From an uncultured Prevotella sp. (GTDB lineage Bacteria > Bacteroidota > Bacteroidia > Bacteroidales > Bacteroidaceae), in the NCBI GenBank assembly GCA_944320305.1, contig CALUGW010000003.1, forward strand, positions 45,372-109,371: a stretch of DNA of 64,000 nt, written 5' to 3'. The position numbers were made by a program, and so were the translations under genes. Positions within the stretch are counted from its first letter, which is position 1; every line of letters begins with the position of its first letter. This document shows, one piece after another, positions 9,913 to 20,308 of this stretch. The notes beneath the pieces were generated by a model. The model ran no database searches. It was not told where the DNA came from and saw only the letters and a program-made list of their open reading frames with translations.

Positions 9913-11481
9913 ATGAACAACGAAATAGAAAGAAGACGGACCTTCGCAATCATCTCACATCCTGACGCCGGTAAAACCACACTGACAGAGAAGTTCCTCC
10001 TGTTCGGAGGACAGATACAGGTGGCCGGGGCCGTGAAAAGCAACAAGATACGCAAGACCGCCACTTCCGACTGGATGGACATCGAGAAGCAGCGCGGAAT
10101 CTCCGTGTCAACCTCGGTGATGGAGTTCGACTACGAGGGCTACAAAGTCAACATACTCGACACGCCAGGACACCAGGACTTTGCCGAAGACACCTACCGC
10201 ACGCTGACAGCTGTTGACTCGGCCATCATCGTGGTGGACAGTGCCAAGGGTGTTGAGACTCAGACACGCAAGCTTATGACAGTATGCCGTATGCGCAACA
10301 CTCCTGTCATAATCTTTGTAAACAAAATGGACCGTGAGGGCCGCGACCCGTTCGACCTTCTGGACGAACTGGAGAACGAACTGGAAATCAAGGTGCGCCC
10401 GCTGTCATGGCCAATTAACCAGGGAGCGAGGTTCAAAGGCGTCTACAACATATACGAAAGCAAGCTCGACCTGTTCACCCCCGACAAACAGCGCGTTACC
10501 GACAAGGTGGAAGTGGACATCAACAGCACCGAGCTTGACGACCGCGTTGGAGCAGACAATGCCTCGAAACTGCGTGACGACCTTGAGCTGGTGGACGGTG
10601 TTTACCCGGAGTTTAATGTTGACGACTACCGCTCAGCCACTGTGGCTCCCGTATTCTTCGGGTCGGCGCTTAATAACTTCGGCGTGCAGGAACTTCTTAA
10701 CTGCTTCGTGAAGATTGCCCCCAGCCCGCGCCCCACAAAGGCCGAAGAGCGCATGGTGCAGCCTGAAGAGCCTAAATTCACAGGTTTCATTTTCAAGATA
10801 ACGGCCAATATCGACCCCAACCACCGTTCTTGCATCGCGTTCTGCAAGGTGTGCAGCGGCAAGTTTGTGCGCAACCAGCCTTACCAGCACGTGCGCCTCA
10901 ACAAGACCGTGCGCTTCTCTTCGCCCACACAATTCATGGCACAGCGCAAAAGCACCATCGACGAGGCCTACCCAGGCGACATCGTCGGGCTGCCGGACAA
11001 CGGCATTTTCAAAATCGGCGACACACTGACAGAGGGCGAGCAGCTGCATTTCCGCGGCCTGCCAAGCTTCTCGCCAGAAATGTTCAAATACATCGAAAAC
11101 GCCGACCCCATGAAATCAAAGCAGCTGCAGAAAGGCATCGACCAGCTCATGGACGAGGGCGTGGCCCAGCTGTTTGTCAACCAGTTCAACGGCCGCAAGA
11201 TAATCGGCACCGTCGGCCAGCTTCAGTTTGAGGTCATCCAGTACCGTCTGGAAAACGAGTACAACGCCAAGTGCCGCTGGGAGCCGGTACACCTCTACAA
11301 GGCGTGCTGGATTGAAAGCGACGACGCCGGAGAGCTTGAAAAGTTCAAGCAGCGCAAGTATCAGTATATGGCGAAAGACCGCGAGGGCCGCGATGTGTTC
11401 CTGGCCGACAGCGGCTACGTGCTCAGCATGGCCCAGGAGGACTTCAAGAACATAAGATTCCACTTCACCAGTGAGTTTTAA
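9913..11481 (+). CDS. prfC: Peptide chain release factor 3
   Basis: [35 protein letters not shown] and [10 protein letters not shown] motifs. Confidence 0.97.
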   Translation: MNNEIERRRTFAIISHPDAGKTTLTEKFLLFGGQIQVAGAVKSNKIRKTATSDWMDIEKQRGISVSTSVMEFDYEGYKVNILDTPGHQDFAEDTYRTLTAVDSAIIVVDSAKGVETQTRKLMTVCRMRNTPVIIFVNKMDREGRDPFDLLDELENELEIKVRPLSWPINQGARFKGVYNIYESKLDLFTPDKQRVTDKVEVDINSTELDDRVGADNASKLRDDLELVDGVYPEFNVDDYRSATVAPVFFGSALNNFGVQELLNCFVKIAPSPRPTKAEERMVQPEEPKFTGFIFKITANIDPNHRSCIAFCKVCSGKFVRNQPYQHVRLNKTVRFSSPTQFMAQRKSTIDEAYPGDIVGLPDNGIFKIGDTLTEGEQLHFRGLPSFSPEMFKYIENADPMKSKQLQKGIDQLMDEGVAQLFVNQFNGRKIIGTVGQLQFEVIQYRLENEYNAKCRWEPVHLYKACWIESDDAGELEKFKQRKYQYMAKDREGRDVFLADSGYVLSMAQEDFKNIRFHFTSEF

Positions 11482-11523
11482 AATCACGGTGCCGACAGCA
11501 TCATACATAAAAATTAAAAACGA

Positions 11524-12093
11524 ATGACAAGAGAAGAAGACATAAGGCGCGCCGTAGAGACAATGCGCAACGGCGGCGTGATACTTTATCCCACCGACAC
11601 TGTGTGGGGCATCGGCTGCGACGCAACCAACGCGGAAGCCGTGGCAAAAGTCTATAAAATAAAGCGGCGCGACGATTCGAAAGCCATGATCTGCCTTGTC
11701 GACAGTGACGCACGGCTGCAACGCTACGTGCGCAACGTGCCGAATGTGGCATGGGAGCTGTTGGACTGCGCCGACAAGCCCACCACTGTTATTCTTGACG
11801 GAGCCACCGGACTGGCGCACAACCTCATTGCCGAAGACGGCAGCGTGGCACTGAGGATTACCAAAGAGCCTTTTTCCAAAGAACTGTGCTACAGGTTCCA
11901 GAAGGCCGTAGTGTCCACATCGGCCAACATCTCGGGCCAGCCCGCAGCCCAGAACTACTGCGACATTGCCCCCGAGCTGCTCGATGCCGTGGACTATGTG
12001 TGCTGGAGCCGCCGCCAGGAGCACAAGCCTCACACGCCTTCAAGCATCGTGCGGCTGAGAATCAACGGCGAGGTTGAGATAATCCGCAAGTGA
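11524..12093 (+). CDS. tsaC: L-threonylcarbamoyladenylate synthase (TsaC/Sua5 family)
   Basis: YPTDTVWGIGCDA, KIKRR and STSANISG motifs. Confidence 0.9.
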   Translation: MTREEDIRRAVETMRNGGVILYPTDTVWGIGCDATNAEAVAKVYKIKRRDDSKAMICLVDSDARLQRYVRNVPNVAWELLDCADKPTTVILDGATGLAHNLIAEDGSVALRITKEPFSKELCYRFQKAVVSTSANISGQPAAQNYCDIAPELLDAVDYVCWSRRQEHKPHTPSSIVRLRINGEVEIIRK

Positions 12094-12104
12094 CCGGCAA
12101 GCCA

Positions 12105-13913
12105 ATGGCAACAGACATATTGGACAAAGAGCGGCAGGGCTGGTTTCAGAGGCTGCTTGCCTGGCGTGAGCAACACGTCAGCGAGCGGACGTTTGTGCTC
12201 TTTCTCGCATTTATCGTCGGATTGTTCTGTGCCGTAGCCGCTTTTGCCCTGCACGGAATAATCAACCAGATTGGCATGCTGCTTACAAGCTCGTTCAACG
12301 AGAAAACGGCCAACTGGCTTTATCTTGTCTATCCCGTGGTAGGCATCTATCTCACGTCTTTGTTTGTGAAATACATTGTCAAAGACAACATCAGCCACGG
12401 AATAACACGCATACTTTACGCCATCAGCAGCAAGCGCAGCCGACTGCGCGCGCACAACTGCTGGTCGTCGGTAATAGCCTCGGCCATTACCATCGGCTTC
12501 GGAGGCTCGGTGGGAGCCGAGGCTCCTATCGTTCTGACAGGCTCGGCCATCGGCTCCAACCTCGGAAAGCTGTTCAAGCTCGACAACAAGACGCTGATGC
12601 TGCTTGTGGGCTGTGGTGCGGCCGGAGCCATTGCCGGCATATTCAAGGCACCGATTGCGGGCCTGGTGTTCACGCTTGAGGTGCTGATGATCGACCTTAC
12701 GATGGCCTCTCTGCTGCCGATTCTGATTTCGTGTGTCACAGCGACGTGCTTCACATATATTTTCCGAGGCTCCACATCGTTGTTCACATTCCATCTTGAC
12801 GCACAATGGATGGTTGACCGTGTGCCGGCCAATGTGCTCCTCGGCATTACCTGTGGTCTCATCAGCCTTTACTTCATAAGGGTTATGACCGTCTGCGAGG
12901 ATATGTTCGCCCGATTCAAGGACAAGCCTTATGTAAAGCTTGCCATCGGCGGCGTCATGCTGAGCCTGCTCATATTCCTTTTCCCGTCGCTCTTCGGCGA
13001 GGGCTACCATGACATAAACCTTCTGCTCAACGGCGCCACCGAGGCCGACTGGAACGGCATCATGCACAACTCGCTGTTCTCCGGCCACGACAATATGCTC
13101 ATACTTTATGTGCTTCTGGTTGTTCTGGCCAAGGTCATCGCCACTTCGGCCACCAATGGCGGCGGCGGTTGCGGAGGAACTTTCGCGCCAAGCCTCTTTG
13201 TGGGATGCTTTGGCGGATTCCTGTTTGCCCGCTTGTGGAATTATTACCAAATCGGGGTCTATGTGCCTGAAAAGAATTTCGCCCTGCTCGGCATGGCCGG
13301 CGTGATGTCCGGCGTGATGCACGCCCCGCTCACGGGCATATTCCTCATCGCCGAGATTACCGGCGGCTACGCCCTGCTGCTACCGCTGATGATTGTCAGC
13401 GTATGCTCTTATCTGACGATAATAATCTTTGAGCCGCACAGCATTTACGGTATGCGGCTCGCACGGCAGGGCAAGCTCATAACCCACCACACTGACCATG
13501 CGGTGCTCACCCTGATGAGTCTTGACAGCGTGATTGAGCACGAGTACACATCCATCTCGCCCGACATGGAGCTGGGCAAGATCGTTCACAAAATCAGCCG
13601 CAGCCGCAACAGCTTCCTGCCGGTGCTCGACGCAGGCGGCAATATGGTGGGCGAGATTGACATAACAAAGATCAGGAACGTTGTGTTCCGCATCGAGCTG
13701 TACCACCACTTCAAGGCCCGGCAGCTGATGACACAGCCGGAGGCAACGCTCAGAGACAGCATGCCTATGACCGAAGTGATGAAGGTTTTCGACAGCACGC
13801 ACGCCGACTGGCTTCCCGTCCTTGACAGCGACGGCCACTTCAAAGGTTATATCTCGCGCCAGCGAATGTACGGAATGTACCGCAAGATGGTGGCCGACAT
13901 GAGCGAAGACTAA
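12105..13913 (+). CDS. ClC-family chloride channel/antiporter with C-terminal CBS pair
   Basis: GFGGSVGAEAP, GIFKAPIAG and GGTFAPSL motifs, followed by CBS-like domains. Confidence 0.92.
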   Translation: MATDILDKERQGWFQRLLAWREQHVSERTFVLFLAFIVGLFCAVAAFALHGIINQIGMLLTSSFNEKTANWLYLVYPVVGIYLTSLFVKYIVKDNISHGITRILYAISSKRSRLRAHNCWSSVIASAITIGFGGSVGAEAPIVLTGSAIGSNLGKLFKLDNKTLMLLVGCGAAGAIAGIFKAPIAGLVFTLEVLMIDLTMASLLPILISCVTATCFTYIFRGSTSLFTFHLDAQWMVDRVPANVLLGITCGLISLYFIRVMTVCEDMFARFKDKPYVKLAIGGVMLSLLIFLFPSLFGEGYHDINLLLNGATEADWNGIMHNSLFSGHDNMLILYVLLVVLAKVIATSATNGGGGCGGTFAPSLFVGCFGGFLFARLWNYYQIGVYVPEKNFALLGMAGVMSGVMHAPLTGIFLIAEITGGYALLLPLMIVSVCSYLTIIIFEPHSIYGMRLARQGKLITHHTDHAVLTLMSLDSVIEHEYTSISPDMELGKIVHKISRSRNSFLPVLDAGGNMVGEIDITKIRNVVFRIELYHHFKARQLMTQPEATLRDSMPMTEVMKVFDSTHADWLPVLDSDGHFKGYISRQRMYGMYRKMVADMSED

Positions 13914-13978
13914 TTTTTTTTGAGACACAGACAATGCCTGTTAAGGGATAAAGATACAAAAATCAAATCTCACTGACA

Positions 13979-14959
13979 ATGAAGAAAGAAGACCTTAGAA
14001 TAATTTTCATGGGAACGCCGGAGTTTGCCGTCGAGACATTGCGCGCGCTCCTTGACAACGGTTTCAATGTGGTTGCCGTGGTGACGCAGCCCGACAAGCC
14101 TGTCGGCCGCCACGGCAGTGTGCTTCAGCCCTCAGCCGTGAAACAGTATGCTGAGGCTCACGGCCTGCCCGTGCTGCAGCCTGTGAGGATGAAAGACGAG
14201 GCTTTCGTGAGCAAGCTGGAGTCATTCAAAGCCAACCTGCAGGTGGTCGTGGCTTTCAGAATGCTGCCAGAGGCGGTCTGGGCAATGCCCGAATACGGCA
14301 CATTCAACGTCCATGCCGCCCTGCTGCCGCAATACCGTGGCGCCGCCCCCATCAACTGGGCCGTGATAAACGGCGAGACTGTGACCGGTGTGACCACCTT
14401 CTTTCTTGACCGCGAGATCGACACCGGGCGCGTGATCATGCGCGAAGAGTTCGAAATCAAGCCTGAGTTCAACGCCGGCGACGTCTACGACGGACTGATG
14501 CGGCTCGGGGCTGAAGTGTGTCTGAAGACTCTCGACAGAATCATTGAGACCGGCGGACACCCCGAGGCCATCCCGCAGTCAGAGCTGACCGTGCCCGGAG
14601 AGGAGCTGCGCCAGGCGCCGAAAATATTCAAAGAGACCTGCCGCATTGACTGGAACAAGCCTGCCGCAGCCATCCACAACTTTGTAAGAGGGCTGAGTCC
14701 CAGCCCCGGCGCATGGACCACAATGACCGCATCCGACGGCAGGCAGGCTGTCCTGAAAATATATTCCACCGCCCTTACAGACCTCAACGTGGCGGAGCCG
14801 CAGGGAACATTCGTCACATCCGGCCGGAAAATGGGCATTGTTGCCGCCGGCGGCAGTGTGCTTGAAGTCTGTGAGCTACAGCTTTCTGGCAAAAAGCGCA
14901 TGGGCGCCGCAGACTTTCTCAACGGCCTCAAGGATCCTGACGGCTGCCGCGTGGAATAA
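13979..14959 (+). CDS. fmt: Methionyl-tRNA formyltransferase
   Basis: FMGTPEFA, VVTQPDKPVGR and NVHAALLPQYRGAAPINWA motifs. Confidence 0.96.
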   Translation: MKKEDLRIIFMGTPEFAVETLRALLDNGFNVVAVVTQPDKPVGRHGSVLQPSAVKQYAEAHGLPVLQPVRMKDEAFVSKLESFKANLQVVVAFRMLPEAVWAMPEYGTFNVHAALLPQYRGAAPINWAVINGETVTGVTTFFLDREIDTGRVIMREEFEIKPEFNAGDVYDGLMRLGAEVCLKTLDRIIETGGHPEAIPQSELTVPGEELRQAPKIFKETCRIDWNKPAAAIHNFVRGLSPSPGAWTTMTASDGRQAVLKIYSTALTDLNVAEPQGTFVTSGRKMGIVAAGGSVLEVCELQLSGKKRMGAADFLNGLKDPDGCRVE

Positions 14960-15035
14960 TTTATGCACCTTTTGATATAATAAATCAGGGCTTGCGGCGT
15001 TTGAATGATAAACAAACAATAAAAACGCACAGCCT

Positions 15036-15164
15036 ATGCCAAATTATACTCAAGAAGGTCTGAATCCAAGCGAAAGTACGATTGACTTCATAAAGAAAAT
15101 CGCATACACTTACAGAGTAATGCAACTTGCAGACGGTTCGAAAGTGACGTTCTGCCTGAACTGA
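15036..15164 (+). CDS. Small protein (42 aa), unannotated
   Basis: ATG at 15036 to TGA at 15164 gives MPNYTQEGLNPSESTIDFIKKIAYTYRVMQLADGSKVTFCLN. It has an A-rich upstream region and fills the fmt-rpe gap, ending 8 bp before rpe. Confidence 0.65.
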   Translation: MPNYTQEGLNPSESTIDFIKKIAYTYRVMQLADGSKVTFCLN

Positions 15165-15172
15165 TTAAGAAT

Positions 15173-15835
15173 ATGACTTTAGTATCACCCTCACTGCTTG
15201 CCGCAGACTTTCTCCACCTTGACAGTGAGATAGAGATGATAAACCGAAGTGAGGCCGACTGGCTTCATCTCGATGTGATGGACGGTGTGTTCGTGCCCAA
15301 CATCTCGTTTGGCTTCCCTGTTCTTGAAGCCGTCGCCAAGACGTGCCGCAAGCCGCTCGACGTTCACTTTATGATTGTCCACCCCGAGCTTTACATACGG
15401 CAGACGGCACGTCTGGGTGCGATGATGATGAACGTTCACTACGAAGCCTGCACGCATCTGCACCGCACCGTGCAGGAAATCCACGCCGCAGGAATGAAAG
15501 CCGGAGTCACCCTCAACCCCACCACTCCGGTCTGTATGCTCGAAGACATCATTGCCGACCTCGACATGGTGCTTCTCATGAGCGTCAATCCGGGATTCGG
15601 CGGACAGGACTTCATCGAGAACACCATCGGCAAGGTGGGGCGCCTGCGCGAACTGATCGACAGCAAAGGCTCTCACGCCCTTATTGAAGTGGACGGAGGT
15701 GTGCAGGCCGAGACGGCTCCGAGGCTGGCAAAGGCCGGCGTCGATGTGCTGGTCAGCGGCAGTTATGTGTTCAAGAGTCCGCGTCCCGAAGAGGCCATCC
15801 GCTCGCTGCGGAGTCTCGGCGGTGCTGAAGTGTAG
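15173..15835 (+). CDS. rpe: Ribulose-phosphate 3-epimerase
   Basis: SPSLLAADF, HLDVMDG.FVPN, LMSVNPGFGGQ and EVDGG motifs. Confidence 0.97.
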   Translation: MTLVSPSLLAADFLHLDSEIEMINRSEADWLHLDVMDGVFVPNISFGFPVLEAVAKTCRKPLDVHFMIVHPELYIRQTARLGAMMMNVHYEACTHLHRTVQEIHAAGMKAGVTLNPTTPVCMLEDIIADLDMVLLMSVNPGFGGQDFIENTIGKVGRLRELIDSKGSHALIEVDGGVQAETAPRLAKAGVDVLVSGSYVFKSPRPEEAIRSLRSLGGAEV

Positions 15836-15889
15836 GCGGTTGAGCGTAGCGTGGCAGACAACTGTAGGCCGGCAAAAGTTATAGGATTC

Positions 15890-16393
15890 ATGACAAAGGC
15901 AATACTTTTCACTGTAGCCGTGTGTGCCGCCATTCTTTCAGGATGCGAGAAATACGTTGTGGAGGAAGAAGCTGGCAACAACGACAACCAGGAGATACCT
16001 GAGAAAGACTACACAAGCGAAGACATCCCGGAAACAAATTTCCTTACAGTGGCGGAGGCGCAAGCTGCGGAAACGGGAAACGTCATATGCGTCAGAGGCT
16101 ACATTGTGGCCTCATGCACAAAAAGCATGAGCAATGCAGACTTCATGGAACCGTTCGAGGGCAGCACCGCCATAATCCTTGCGGAGGAGCCTGTTGACCT
16201 TGAAGATTTTCAGTACGACACTGACGACAACCTGTTCCCCGTCTGCCTGACAGACTATAAAGACGTCCGCGCGGCCCTGAACCTTGAGGACAACCCGGAA
16301 CTATGGAACAGACAGATATTCATCACCGGCGTGAAGTCAAGCTATCTGCGGCTTCCGGGACTCAAGAAAGTAATGCACTACCAGATTAAATAG
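15890..16393 (+). CDS. Lipoprotein with OB-fold-like domain (DUF6359-like)
   Basis: Lipobox ILSGC; VRGYIV, FPVCL and ALNL.DNP motifs. The family name is tentative. Confidence 0.6.
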   Translation: MTKAILFTVAVCAAILSGCEKYVVEEEAGNNDNQEIPEKDYTSEDIPETNFLTVAEAQAAETGNVICVRGYIVASCTKSMSNADFMEPFEGSTAIILAEEPVDLEDFQYDTDDNLFPVCLTDYKDVRAALNLEDNPELWNRQIFITGVKSSYLRLPGLKKVMHYQIK

Positions 16394-16416
16394 CCGCCAT
16401 TCAACCTGTAGCCACG

Positions 16417-16449
16417 AGCAAAGCCATCTGCTGCGGCTTTGCTTTTTTT
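16417..16449. terminator. Intrinsic terminator between convergent genes
   Basis: AGCAAAGCC / GGCTTTGCT stem followed by a T-run. Confidence 0.75.
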
Positions 16450-17137
16450 AGTCTTCCGCAACCGTCTCCGCCAGACTGTTAAGCCCCTGCAGCATTCTTT
16501 CGAGCCTCGGCAGAAACGACGCGAAGTGTGAGCCGGGCGTCAGTTCAAACATAGTCTTGGCCCCGAGCCTTTCCGCCCAGGCCACAACACGCTCTGTGTC
16601 TGTCCTTATTGTGCGGTAGCGCGGCGAGCCTCCCTGGCTCTCCTTCTCGCCCAGCGTGAAGTACGCGCAGCCGCCTGCCCTGTCGGCATCGGCCGACGAG
16701 AGCCACTCCACAAACCCGTCATACCAGAATGAGCCTGAGATGCAGCCAATATTGCGGAACCGGTCACACCGCACCCATGCCCATGCGGCAAAAAGTCCGG
16801 CCAGCGATACCCCGGTAAGTGTGCGCTCGGCGCCGCCGCCGAGTCCGAGGCGGCACTCCACGTCGGGCATCACAACATCTGTCAGCTTGCCGAGAAACGC
16901 TTCCGCCAGCCCGCCGAAAGGCTTCGACCCGCGCACAAGGCCCGGCGCCGGCCATGGCGTGAGGTCGTTGTTCCAGTCCATGCCTGTCAGCACCACCATG
17001 TTGTATTTATACTTGCTGACGGCTATGTCTATTTTCCGTTCCTCCACAGGGATGGGGGTCATCAGGTAGCACACCCGCTTTGTGTCGCATGGCTCAAACT
17101 GGCAGCTGACGCCTTCAATATTTATTGTCTCCACCAT
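16448..17137 (-). CDS. Alpha/beta hydrolase (putative esterase)
   Basis: GVSLAG nucleophile elbow, SGSFWYDGF, C-terminal GSHF catalytic His. Confidence 0.8.
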   Translation of the reverse strand: MVETINIEGVSCQFEPCDTKRVCYLMTPIPVEERKIDIAVSKYKYNMVVLTGMDWNNDLTPWPAPGLVRGSKPFGGLAEAFLGKLTDVVMPDVECRLGLGGGAERTLTGVSLAGLFAAWAWVRCDRFRNIGCISGSFWYDGFVEWLSSADADRAGGCAYFTLGEKESQGGSPRYRTIRTDTERVVAWAERLGAKTMFELTPGSHFASFLPRLERMLQGLNSLAETVAED

Positions 17138-17424
17138 AAGCTTGTTTCATTTGCTGCGGCGCATCAAGCTCCACAGTTGTTACTGATGCAAATTTACAAC
17201 AAAATCTCCATAACAAAGAATCATACGGCCTTTAATGGAATTTAATTTTTTCTAATGGCGCACGCACCAGAATGTCAATTTTTAAGGATGTGTGCAGCTT
17301 CGGACAAGCCCCTCGCAGAAAACGAAACTGAAATATCCAACCGCCTATTTTGATTCAAAACCGTATAAATAACCGCAACAACATCACTTATCGAAACTTT
17401 TTGATGAAATTTTCTGCCAAAATG

Positions 17425-17457
17425 TTTGCCGATTAAAATAAAAACCATAACTTTGCA
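17425..17457 (+). promoter_or_regulatory. trp operon promoter (-33 TTTG / -7 TAACTTTG)
   Basis: TTTG at 17425-17428, 19-nt spacer, TAACTTTGCA at 17448-17457; fits the Bacteroidetes consensus. Confidence 0.8.
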
Positions 17458-17482
17458 ACCGTAACATTAAAGCAAACGGATT

Positions 17483-17533
17483 ATGAACAGACAGAACAAC
17501 ATACTGTGGTGGCGCAACTCGAGATTCAGATAA
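17483..17533 (+). CDS. trpL: trp leader peptide (MNRQNNILWWRNSRFR)
   Basis: 16-aa ORF with tandem TGG TGG codons, between the promoter and the attenuator upstream of trpB. Confidence 0.88.
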   Translation: MNRQNNILWWRNSRFR

Positions 17534-17578
17534 TCGCGGGGAAGAGAGCCATGCACCAATCAATGATATTCAAAACAG

Positions 17579-17608
17579 AAGCTCGTCGCAACCGCGGCGG
17601 GCTTTTTT
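17579..17608 (+). terminator. trp attenuator terminator
   Basis: AAGCTCGTCGC-AACC-GCGGCGGGCTT followed by a T-run, 35 nt before trpB. Confidence 0.85.
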
Positions 17609-17643
17609 ATTTTCATTTTCAAACCACACCAAGCAACTGAATT

Positions 17644-18852
17644 ATGAAACAGTCATATCTTGTAGACAGCAACGGATACTACGGAGAGTTCGGCGGGGCA
17701 TACGTTCCTGAGATCCTTTACTCCACAGTCGAAGCTCTGAAAGAACAGTATATTGGAATCATGGAGTCTGAAGAGTTCCGCAGCGAATACACAACACTGC
17801 TGCGCGACTATGTGGGCCGCCCCTCGCCGCTATACCGCGCCGCCCGCATGAGCGCGAAATACGGCTGCGAGCTTTATCTGAAGCGCGAGGACCTGAATCA
17901 CACCGGTGCCCACAAGATCAACAATACCGTGGGCCAGATTCTCCTCGCAAAGAAGATGGGCAAGAAGCGCATCATAGCCGAGACCGGCGCTGGACAGCAC
18001 GGCGTGGCCACGGCCACGGTCTGCGCGCTGATGGATATGCCCTGCGTCGTTTACCAGGGGGCGCTCGACGTGGAGCGGCAGCACGTCAATGTGGAGCGCA
18101 TGAAGATGCTCGGCGCCGAGGTTGTGCCTGTGCACACGGGCAACGCCACGCTCAAGGACGCCACCAACGAGGCCATCCGCGACTGGTGCTGCCACCCGCA
18201 GGACACGTTCTACATCATTGGCTCCACCGTCGGCCCGCACCCCTACCCCGACATTGTGGCTCGCCTGCAGAGCATAATCTCAAAGGAAATAAAGGAGCAG
18301 CTGCTTGAGAAAATCGGGCGCGACTACCCCGACTACCTCGTGGCCTGCGTGGGCGGAGGGTCCAACGCGGCTGGAACCGTCTACCACTACATTGACGACG
18401 ACCGCGTAAAAATTGTTCTGGCCGAGGCCGGAGGACTTGGAGCCGACAGCGGCCACACCGCCGCTACCATTCATGCCGGGCGGGTGGGCATACTGCACGG
18501 CTCGCGGACGCTCGTCATGCAGACACCCGACGGACAGATCATGGAGGCCGAAAGCATTTCCGCAGGACTCGACTATCCCGGCATTGGCCCCATGCACGCC
18601 AACATGGCCGTGCGCAAGCGCGCCACCGTCTACTCCATCAACGACGACGAGGCCGTCCGCGCGGCCTACGAGCTGACACGCACCGAGGGCATAATACCAG
18701 CCTTGGAGAGCGCCCACGCCATTGCCGCGCTCGGCAAGATGAGCCTCAGGCCCTCCGACGTTGTAGTGCTCACGGTGAGCGGACGCGGCGACAAGGACGT
18801 GGAGACATATCTGGCACACAAGGAGATGGCCGGCGAATATGGAAAATTTTAG
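17644..18852 (+). CDS. trpB: Tryptophan synthase beta chain
   Basis: KREDLNHTGAHKINN, AETGAGQHG and CVGGGSNA motifs. Confidence 0.97.
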   Translation: MKQSYLVDSNGYYGEFGGAYVPEILYSTVEALKEQYIGIMESEEFRSEYTTLLRDYVGRPSPLYRAARMSAKYGCELYLKREDLNHTGAHKINNTVGQILLAKKMGKKRIIAETGAGQHGVATATVCALMDMPCVVYQGALDVERQHVNVERMKMLGAEVVPVHTGNATLKDATNEAIRDWCCHPQDTFYIIGSTVGPHPYPDIVARLQSIISKEIKEQLLEKIGRDYPDYLVACVGGGSNAAGTVYHYIDDDRVKIVLAEAGGLGADSGHTAATIHAGRVGILHGSRTLVMQTPDGQIMEAESISAGLDYPGIGPMHANMAVRKRATVYSINDDEAVRAAYELTRTEGIIPALESAHAIAALGKMSLRPSDVVVLTVSGRGDKDVETYLAHKEMAGEYGKF

Positions 18853-18875
18853 TCGAAACGACAAGGCGAAAGATT

Positions 18876-20285
18876 ATGAATGCTGACACAGAAAAGATGA
18901 AATATGAGTTAAAGACCGCCTCGCGGACTGTGCTCGCCGACCTCTACACCCCTGTGGGAGCCTATATGCGGCTGCGCGACATCTACCCGATGAGCGCGCT
19001 GATGGAATGCTCCGACTACCACGACCGCGCCAACTGCCGCTCGTTCATCGGCGTGTCGCCGGTGGCAAGCGTGTCGGTGAGCCGCGGCGTGTGCACAATG
19101 TCTTTCCCCGACGGCGCCAGGGCGGAACGGGCTGTCGGCGGCAGCTACCGCATCGAGCACGCCCTGCGCGAGTTTATCGACAGCTTCTGCATTGAGGGCG
19201 ACGGCTCCGGGCTGTGCGGACTCTACGGCTACACCTCGTTCGACGCGGTGCGCTACACCGAGGACATCGCCACAGGAGAGCCGGCTGACAGCTCCGACAG
19301 CACGCCTGAACTGATGTATGTGCTTTTCAAGAACATAGTGGCGTTCGACCATTTCGACAACACCATGACCGTGGTGACACTGGGAGACCAGGCCGACATC
19401 GACCAGCTGCTTAAGCGGCTTAACAAAGACTGCGCCGCAGACTACGGCTTCCGCGCCACAGGACCGGCCACCTCAACCCTCACCGACGAGCAGCACAAGC
19501 TGAACATAAGGCGCGGCATAGCCCACTGCAAGCGCGGCGACGTTTTCCAGATTGTGCTCTCGCGCCGCTTCACACAGCCCTACGAGGGCGACGACTTCAA
19601 GCTCTACCGCGCCCTGCGCTCGGTCAATCCGTCGCCATATCTGTTCTATTTCGACTTCGGCGGGATGCGCCTGTTCGGCTCGTCGCCCGAGACCCACTGC
19701 CGCATAGAGGGAGGCCGGGCCTACATAGACCCCATTGCCGGCACCACCCGGCGCTCCGGCAACGCCGAGACTGACAGCCGCCTTGCCGCCGAACTGCAGG
19801 CCGACCCGAAAGAGAACGCCGAGCACGTGATGCTTGTGGACCTTGCGCGCAACGACCTGAGCCGCAACTGCCACGACGTCAAGGTGGAGTTCTACAAGGA
19901 GCTGCAATACTATTCGCACGTCATACACCTCGTGTCGCGCGTCAGCGGTACGCTCAACCGCGGGGCAGACCCCATCAAGGTGTTTGTTGACACATTCCCG
20001 GCGGGCACACTCTCCGGCGCGCCCAAAGTGCGGGCCATGCAGCTCATCAGCAGCTACGAGCCCCACGCGCGCGGCGCCTACGGCGGCTGCATTGGCTGCA
20101 TCGGCCTTGACGGCAGCCTCAACCAGGCCATAACCATACGCACCTTCGTAAGCCGCAACGGCCTGCTGAGCTTCCAGGCCGGCGGAGGCATAGTGGCCCG
20201 CAGCGACGAGCAGCGCGAGCTTGAGGAGGTGAACAACAAGCTCGGAGCGCTGAGACGCGCCGTAGAGCTGGCCGGACAACTGTAG
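18876..20285 (+). CDS. trpE: Anthranilate synthase component I
   Basis: GDVFQIVLS, NPSPYLF, PIAGT, KENAEHVMLVDLARND and GTLSGAPK motifs. Confidence 0.95.
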   Translation: MNADTEKMKYELKTASRTVLADLYTPVGAYMRLRDIYPMSALMECSDYHDRANCRSFIGVSPVASVSVSRGVCTMSFPDGARAERAVGGSYRIEHALREFIDSFCIEGDGSGLCGLYGYTSFDAVRYTEDIATGEPADSSDSTPELMYVLFKNIVAFDHFDNTMTVVTLGDQADIDQLLKRLNKDCAADYGFRATGPATSTLTDEQHKLNIRRGIAHCKRGDVFQIVLSRRFTQPYEGDDFKLYRALRSVNPSPYLFYFDFGGMRLFGSSPETHCRIEGGRAYIDPIAGTTRRSGNAETDSRLAAELQADPKENAEHVMLVDLARNDLSRNCHDVKVEFYKELQYYSHVIHLVSRVSGTLNRGADPIKVFVDTFPAGTLSGAPKVRAMQLISSYEPHARGAYGGCIGCIGLDGSLNQAITIRTFVSRNGLLSFQAGGGIVARSDEQRELEEVNNKLGALRRAVELAGQL

Positions 20286-20308
20286 AAACCACTAAAAGAC
20301 CACACAAA

